A DNA stretch of 64,000 nucleotides from Clostridiales bacterium (lineage in GTDB: Bacteria > Bacillota > Clostridia > Christensenellales > JAISNN01), in the NCBI GenBank assembly GCA_031276195.1, contig JAISNN010000032.1, positions 5,863 to 69,862 on the forward strand, read 5' to 3'. Shown here piece after piece: positions 58,454-64,000 of the stretch (positions are counted from its first letter, which is position 1; every line of letters begins with the position of its first letter). The notes below the pieces were generated by a model, which was not told the origin of the DNA, ran no database searches, and saw only the letters and a program-made list of their open reading frames with translations. Position numbers and translations under genes: made by a program.

Positions 58454-59041
58454 TCAAAAATTAATTTGATTAATATCCAAAATCACAGATTGAACGGGAA
58501 CAACATTATTAAATTCTATATAAACAACAGACGCTCCGTTATCGGGGATTACTTCAAGCAAAAAGTATAAATGAGCCGCAGTCAAAACGGAAGACATAAC
58601 GACTTCCGAATCGGAATACAAAGATTGCAACACCTCCGACATAGATTTATCAACGGACATAATAAAATAATCACCTTGACCGTCTATATCAAAAGCGACG
58701 GATAAATCTAAAATTTTACTAAACAAATGCGGCGCACCGTCAACATAAAAAACAAAATCATCAGCGGCCGACACATTCGGCAAAACTCTTACGGTGTACC
58801 CGCTCGGCTTCTCAACCGCTAAAAAATCCAAAGTATATCGACAATCAAAACGCACGGAAGCCCTGTCAAACTCAACCTTGTTCCCCGATCCCATATAAAA
58901 AACACCGTCGTAAACAACGTAAAAAGTTTCAAAACCGGTCGTAAAATTACGAGTAAACATAGACAAAAAACCGATTAAAAACATAACCGCTAATGAAAAT
59001 AAAACGCCGAATATTATTTTAGATAAAAACTTCTTACGCAT
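58454..59041 (-). CDS. Hypothetical protein with N-terminal TM anchor
   Basis: 195 aa, 'IIFGVLFSLAVMFLIGFLSMF'; closely coupled to its neighbours. Confidence 0.7.
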   Translation of the reverse strand: MRKKFLSKIIFGVLFSLAVMFLIGFLSMFTRNFTTGFETFYVVYDGVFYMGSGNKVEFDRASVRFDCRYTLDFLAVEKPSGYTVRVLPNVSAADDFVFYVDGAPHLFSKILDLSVAFDIDGQGDYFIMSVDKSMSEVLQSLYSDSEVVMSSVLTAAHLYFLLEVIPDNGASVVYIEFNNVVPVQSVILDINQINF

Positions 59042-59043
59042 AA

Positions 59044-60606
59044 TTAGCTCCCAAATAAAAATGATATATCGTAATATACAATAGAATCATCATCAAAAAT
59101 AACAAAAAGATAGTCACCGACAAGAGACAAATCACGAATAGAATTTTCAAAAGTATGATACACCCAATTAAAACCGTCGGTAGAATACGCCAAAGTAAAA
59201 TTAAAATACGAAAATAAAAAACCGTAATCTTCACAACCACAAAAATCAAAATGAGAATCCTTAGAAAAAGGTTCCTTAAAATAATTAATCCAATTATAAC
59301 CGTCAGAACTATAAATAGAAGTAAAGACAGCCGTATTACTCGAAGCCGATAAAACTACAACTTTTCCGTCTATAAAAAAATAAGAAAAATAAGTAGACGA
59401 AAAACCGACACTAAGAGAAACGGACGTAAAAGTTTCACCGTCGAAACTAACATAAAAACGATCTTTTCCTAAACCAAAAATATAAAATACATCATTATAA
59501 ACATAAAAAGTACGAGCAGAAAAATCTAAAATTTCAGCCCAATTAGTTAAGTCGGAGGAACGGTACACCGAATCAATGCCGCAAAAATAATAGTAACCGT
59601 TAAAATAAAACAAACCTTTGTCATTACCATAACGATCAAAAGAAGAAGACCCCGATATCCAATTCTCACAATCATAACTATATCGATAAGAAAAACGCAA
59701 ATGACGAGAACCATAAACAAAATAAACACCATTAACATAAGAAAAACTAAATCGATTAAAAGAAAAGTTACTATCACCGGAAAAAGCAAAATAAAAATTC
59801 ACACAATCAAAAGTATAATAAAGACTATTATTATATGAAAAGAAAAATCTATCGTTTAAATAATCCATATAAATATAACGATCAATTTCTTGGAACGAAG
59901 TCGAATCGTTTAAATCTGATCCGAAATAATAAGAAGAAGCAGAGGAGCCGGGAGACGAAGGCGCACTAACAATATATAAACCGTTACCATAAACGAGAGG
60001 AACCCGAATAGAATTACTATCGGATAAAGCAAGAGAATAATCGCTCGGATTATCCAAAAAACTTGTATATTTAACGATACACTCGGCATACACTTCCGGA
60101 TTACTGACCGAACTCGCCCGAATGATAATATCCTCGCCAAAAACCTGCAAAAACGACACCTCCGCAGAATTAGACCCGGATTCGGCAACATCAACACTAA
60201 TATAATCAAATACGTCCTTATCAATTATCCACGACGAAATGGGATTAAACCAATAAGTCAACCACTCAATATCAGAATTAGTCGCGTCAAACGGATCAAG
60301 CTCCGCCGTCAATAAAACGACAGAGCCATCGGAAGCAATAGAAGTAGAAGTCATAAAAAAACCATCGGCAACAGATAAAAACGGAAAATTTTCAACCTCT
60401 TCACCGCCGGAATCTGCATTGTCTTCATTATCGCCGATATCAGAAACGGGAATCACCGGATCGATTTTATTTTCATCGTCGACAATTATATTTTGACGAT
60501 CCTCAGGAACATCGTTAAAATATAACGAATAAACTAAAACTCCGATAAGCGCGATTAAAATCACGCTTATAACGACAATCAAAGTAATTTTAATTTTCTT
60601 ATCCAT
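59044..60606 (-). CDS. Membrane-anchored protein with Ig-like domain and Asp-box (BNR) repeats
   Basis: N-terminal TM; 'LTAELDPFDATNSDIEW...IRASS...AECIV' Ig-like region; SYDCENW, SSDLTNW, SFDGETF, SSDGYNW, STDGFNW. Confidence 0.7.
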   Translation of the reverse strand: MDKKIKITLIVVISVILIALIGVLVYSLYFNDVPEDRQNIIVDDENKIDPVIPVSDIGDNEDNADSGGEEVENFPFLSVADGFFMTSTSIASDGSVVLLTAELDPFDATNSDIEWLTYWFNPISSWIIDKDVFDYISVDVAESGSNSAEVSFLQVFGEDIIIRASSVSNPEVYAECIVKYTSFLDNPSDYSLALSDSNSIRVPLVYGNGLYIVSAPSSPGSSASSYYFGSDLNDSTSFQEIDRYIYMDYLNDRFFFSYNNSLYYTFDCVNFYFAFSGDSNFSFNRFSFSYVNGVYFVYGSRHLRFSYRYSYDCENWISGSSSFDRYGNDKGLFYFNGYYYFCGIDSVYRSSDLTNWAEILDFSARTFYVYNDVFYIFGLGKDRFYVSFDGETFTSVSLSVGFSSTYFSYFFIDGKVVVLSASSNTAVFTSIYSSDGYNWINYFKEPFSKDSHFDFCGCEDYGFLFSYFNFTLAYSTDGFNWVYHTFENSIRDLSLVGDYLFVIFDDDSIVYYDISFLFGS

Positions 60607-60653
60607 ACAAAAAAACCTACTTTAAATAAAAATTATCTTTTAAATTTTTTGCC

Positions 60654-61565
60654 CTAATTTACTTTCTTTCCAAGTTCTATAATCGTCGCGACTATAACGG
60701 ACATTTTATTATCAATTTCATGCAAATACTCCATATTCGCAGACAACATATCACTCAGCAATACATGAAAATCCACATAGTTGCTCAAAGAATAACCCAT
60801 AAATCCTTGATAAAATTGATATAAAGCATACGCTTCATTGCGTCTTTCTAACTTTTCGGCAACTTCGGCTTCATAATTAGGATTAGACAAAATACCGGTA
60901 TTGGCTTCATAAACCGAAACGATATAAGAATAATATGTATAAAGCAAATCAACCGCGTAAACATCTTCATACACGGCATCACGAGTAAATATATGATTGC
61001 CGCTACCCAATATCTCCGAACCGTCCGTCGTTTCATAAAGATTTAATCCGGCTTTACAGCGTTGATAAAAAGAAAAATTAATATCATAAGCATTAGACGG
61101 AAAATACCCAGAACCAAAAGCGGATCTATACGTATTTAATTGGCTTGAAGTAATACCTAACACATTATACATATATTCGATACTACTAACGTAAATCATT
61201 GAGGAATATAATGAATCCGCTAAACTATAAGCATCCGAAACTTCACTAAACGAGCGGTCAATTAATATTCTTAATTGTTCATTCTCCGCTTCAACGGCAA
61301 GTTTCATATCTTGATACGCTTCAAGTTCACTTTCAAGTAACGTTATAACCTCCGCGTAAGAAACCTCGCCGTCAACCGGTGAAGATTGATCGGTTTTAAA
61401 CATATCGAAAGCAAAAACCGACAAACCGGACATTAAAACGACTAAAAACATAATCGATATGACGGAAACAAAACTCGGACGGGTTAAAATTTTTAAAACG
61501 GAACCCGAACCGCCGCGCAAACGATTCCTAAGTTTTTGAAACTTACCATTAAATTTTTGCTTCAT
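60654..61565 (-). CDS. Hypothetical protein with N-terminal TM and coiled-coil
   Basis: 303 aa; RBS GAGGTG; 'VISIMFLVVLMSGLSVFAF' then heptad-like stretch. Confidence 0.7.
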   Translation of the reverse strand: MKQKFNGKFQKLRNRLRGGSGSVLKILTRPSFVSVISIMFLVVLMSGLSVFAFDMFKTDQSSPVDGEVSYAEVITLLESELEAYQDMKLAVEAENEQLRILIDRSFSEVSDAYSLADSLYSSMIYVSSIEYMYNVLGITSSQLNTYRSAFGSGYFPSNAYDINFSFYQRCKAGLNLYETTDGSEILGSGNHIFTRDAVYEDVYAVDLLYTYYSYIVSVYEANTGILSNPNYEAEVAEKLERRNEAYALYQFYQGFMGYSLSNYVDFHVLLSDMLSANMEYLHEIDNKMSVIVATIIELGKKVN

Positions 61566-61644
61566 AAAACACCTCTTTTTTGATTTTTACTAAATTAAAA
61601 AAATAGGGGATATTACAAAAAACATAATACCCCCTTTAAACAAA

Positions 61645-62160
61645 TTACATAGAAGACAAAACCATTTCAAGCAAATTTTTATCCGACGTTTCTTTCGGCT
61701 TTATTTGCGCCTTATAAACGCCCGTATCGTCAATATTACGGGCATAATAATACATACCGCGCTTAGTAATCTTGCCGGTACGATTGTCCTTAACGGTATA
61801 AGACTCCAAGATAAGTTCAGCGTTCAAAGCGTCGCCGAAAACAAAATCAAGAACCTCATACCCGCCGATATCAAGAGGAACAAAATCCACACGGGAAGAA
61901 CGACCGCGCAAATTAAACCTCAAAAAATAATTACGGTAATCTTTCTTGTTCGCTCCGCGCACAACTTCACGCTCGATAAACAATCCCGTCGCAATTCCGT
62001 CAACCGTTTCGACGATTCCCTCCGAAAAAACGGCACCCTTTTCCGCGCCGCTCGATTCCGCTTCGCTTGTTTCCGCTGCAACCTTTTTTACTTCCGCTTC
62101 GCTTGCTTCCGTTGCAATTTTTTTCGCTTCCGCTTCCACTTCCGCTACAATTTTAGACAT
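61645..62160 (-). CDS. Soluble hypothetical protein, first gene of the element (possible ssDNA-binding protein)
   Basis: 171 aa; strong RBS AAGGAG; acidic repeat N-terminus, aromatic/basic beta-rich core; SSB role is a guess from position. Confidence 0.65.
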   Translation of the reverse strand: MSKIVAEVEAEAKKIATEASEAEVKKVAAETSEAESSGAEKGAVFSEGIVETVDGIATGLFIEREVVRGANKKDYRNYFLRFNLRGRSSRVDFVPLDIGGYEVLDFVFGDALNAELILESYTVKDNRTGKITKRGMYYYARNIDDTGVYKAQIKPKETSDKNLLEMVLSSM

Positions 62161-62263
62161 AGATTTACTCCTTTCCCCTAAAATCCATTAGAGGCAATGT
62201 TTTTATTCGGCTCACGCCGTATGGTAAAACTCTTATCGCATAGTTTTAATGCGCAAAATAAAA

Positions 62264-62293
62264 AATAGATGTGTTAAAATTAACACATCTATT
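62264..62293. promoter_or_regulatory. Perfect 14-bp inverted repeat at the right end of the element
   Basis: AATAGATGTGTTAA-AA-TTAACACATCTATT. Confidence 0.65.
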
Positions 62294-62304
62294 GTAATAC
62301 AACA

Positions 62305-62329
62305 TATTATATAAAGTAATTTAAGTTTT
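62305..62329. repeat. Right 25-bp direct repeat (putative target-site duplication)
   Basis: Identical to 48911-48935. Confidence 0.9.
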
Positions 62330-62577
62330 TATATTGATTTTTTTTGCGTTATTTGGTATAATGGTATAAATTGATTTTTTAAACGGCGTATTCGTCGTTT
62401 TGATATACGGTATACGGATTAAACGGCGGGATTTCGTATTTTGTGTGATAGTGCGCGGATTAAACGGCGGGATTTCGTATTTTGTGTGATAATATGCGGA
62501 TTAAACGGTTGAATCCGGTATTTTATATAACCGTATATAAACCGACGGTATATAAATTCCGCTTAAATCGGAGAGGT

Positions 62578-63516
62578 ATGATGACGGATTTTTTTAACGG
62601 GCTTGTCAAGGTTTTGTCTTATGTCGGGCCGGGGTATGTTTTCGTTTTGTTTTCTGCGGCGGTTGCCGCGGCTTTTTTGGTTTCGCTTCGTTTTTCGTCG
62701 CGCGGTTTGAAGCGTTACGCGGACGCTATGCTTAGCGCCGCGGACTATCTCTCCGACGAAAGAACGGGTTCGCTCGGAAAGAACAACGCGGGTTATTTTT
62801 TCCGCAAATACGCCTGTGATTTTCCCGTCGCGATGCAAAACCGCGTCGCGGCGTATTTGAATTCTATGGAAGTAAAGCCATCCCGTTTTATCACCGAGGC
62901 GGACTGTTTAAAGCCCGTGTCTTTCGGCGCGGAACGAAAGAAATTTTTGACCGTATACGATATGATCGCGCGGACGGCTTTTGCCGCCGCGTCCGCTTTT
63001 TCGCTGGCATACGGCGGCGCGGAGGCTTTCGGGGCGGCGGCAGTCCTGCCGATGACCGCGGCGGTCGCGCTCAGGTATGTTTTGAAATTCAAAAACGATT
63101 CGCTGGACTCTTATCTGACGGACGCTTTTTATACCCTTATCGACGCTATGGACGCCGCCGTCGTTCTAAAAAACGATCCCGAGGACAAAAGTCAAGACGG
63201 AATTCTCAAAAAAGCGGCGGCTTTAATCAAGGAACTCGTGGACGAGGAGAGGGACGTCCAAAGATATCACTACATAAACGAAACGGACGGACTTTGCCGC
63301 GAGTTGAGAGGGGAACGCCTCAAAGAAATCGCCGACAACGTGGCGGTCGTGTGCGGCGAGGATACGCCGCTCGCGACGTTAAAACAGATTTTTAATATGC
63401 TTTCGGAATCGAAATATTTCTACGCGACCAAGGAGGAAACCGAACTGTTGAACGGCTGCCTTGTGAAACTGAAAAACACGATAATAAGAATCGAAAAGGA
63501 TATTATAAATTTGTAG
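62578..63516 (+). CDS. Hypothetical membrane protein (host-like codon usage resumes)
   Basis: RBS GGAGAGG before ATG-ATG; N-terminal TM plus two central hydrophobic segments. Confidence 0.65.
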   Translation: MMTDFFNGLVKVLSYVGPGYVFVLFSAAVAAAFLVSLRFSSRGLKRYADAMLSAADYLSDERTGSLGKNNAGYFFRKYACDFPVAMQNRVAAYLNSMEVKPSRFITEADCLKPVSFGAERKKFLTVYDMIARTAFAAASAFSLAYGGAEAFGAAAVLPMTAAVALRYVLKFKNDSLDSYLTDAFYTLIDAMDAAVVLKNDPEDKSQDGILKKAAALIKELVDEERDVQRYHYINETDGLCRELRGERLKEIADNVAVVCGEDTPLATLKQIFNMLSESKYFYATKEETELLNGCLVKLKNTIIRIEKDIINL

Positions 63517-64000
63517 GCATTCGGAATTTTAGGAATTTCCGCGTGAAAAAGGTAAGCGGAATAAAAAAGAGGAACTATAAATTTGTAAGTATTCGTAATT
63601 TTAGGAATTTCCGCGGAATGCCGTATTGTAAATTTTTACGCGCTTAAAATCGGCGTTTTGGGGATTTTTTAATCGGGTATGCCGAAAGTTTCACAACGGA
63701 TAAATAAATGCCGCGGAGAAAGCCGCGCTAAAACGCCGAGTAAAGGAAAAATAAGTAATTTTGTTTTTTAGGGGTGAAATAATTGACTTTTTTTTGCCGT
63801 TGGCTTATAATTTTCTTTGTATCCGTTGCAAAAAAATTGCCGGGTGTTTTTGTCTTATGACGGGCATACGGTTATTTATACGCCGTGTGAGGTGAGAGAA
63901 ATGCCAAAGAACGGTGAAACAGCCGTTTCGGACGACGGTTCGGGAAAAATCCGCGCCGCCGCCGCCGTAAAAAAACGGCAAAGACGGTTATTTATACGCC

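Larger units (their letters stand above)
48936..62304 (-). mobile_element. Integrated inovirus/plectrovirus-like ssDNA element carrying its own DDE transposase (13.4 kb)
   Basis: TGT...ACA termini inside a 25-bp direct repeat; all ORFs co-oriented; DDE transposase, HUH Rep, pI/Zot-like ATPase, membrane-anchored proteins; visibly T-rich coding strand unlike host genes. Confidence 0.82.

Noticed and set aside
63901-64000. Possible CDS start (MPKNGETAVS...) after GAGGTG
   Set aside because: Only 33 codons are visible and the stretch includes a local repeat (CGGTTATTTATACGCC), so it cannot be supported

Overview
This window looks like a Bacillota (Clostridia-like; inferred from gene content and SigA-type promoters) chromosome segment. 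Positions 1-46 kb are mostly housekeeping or accessory genes: DUF711/ACT pair, GGGtGRT-NifU pair, an unusual ABC exporter, tsaB-rimI, tRNA-Val, two collagen-like lipoproteins, ppdK, rpsT, an MFS transporter, a two-component pair, an Abi/HEPN gene with a structured leader RNA, a P-type ATPase, a short alaS, a sugar acetyltransferase, malic enzyme and rpmG-secE-nusG-rplK-rplA-rplJ-rplL. The intergenic spacers are full of local tandem duplications and dispersed palindromic repeats. At 46.1-48.8 kb lies a disrupted C5-methyltransferase/HNH/Vsr island. The most striking feature is a 13.4-kb element at 48936-62304. It has TGT...ACA termini and a 25-bp flanking direct repeat, and all its ORFs lie on the minus strand. 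It encodes an IS481-like DDE transposase, an HUH rolling-circle Rep, a pI/Zot-like ATPase with N-terminal TM segments and several membrane-anchored structural-type proteins, so it resembles an inovirus/plectrovirus-like prophage built as a transposon. Joining its two ends would create a near-consensus TTGACA/TACAAT promoter pointing into the operon. Inside it, two antitoxin-less small ORFs (one clearly PemK/MazF-like, one weaker) are each paired with a convergent promoter-sRNA-terminator unit, a candidate RNA-antitoxin system. All product calls come from motif reading by eye; no searches were run.
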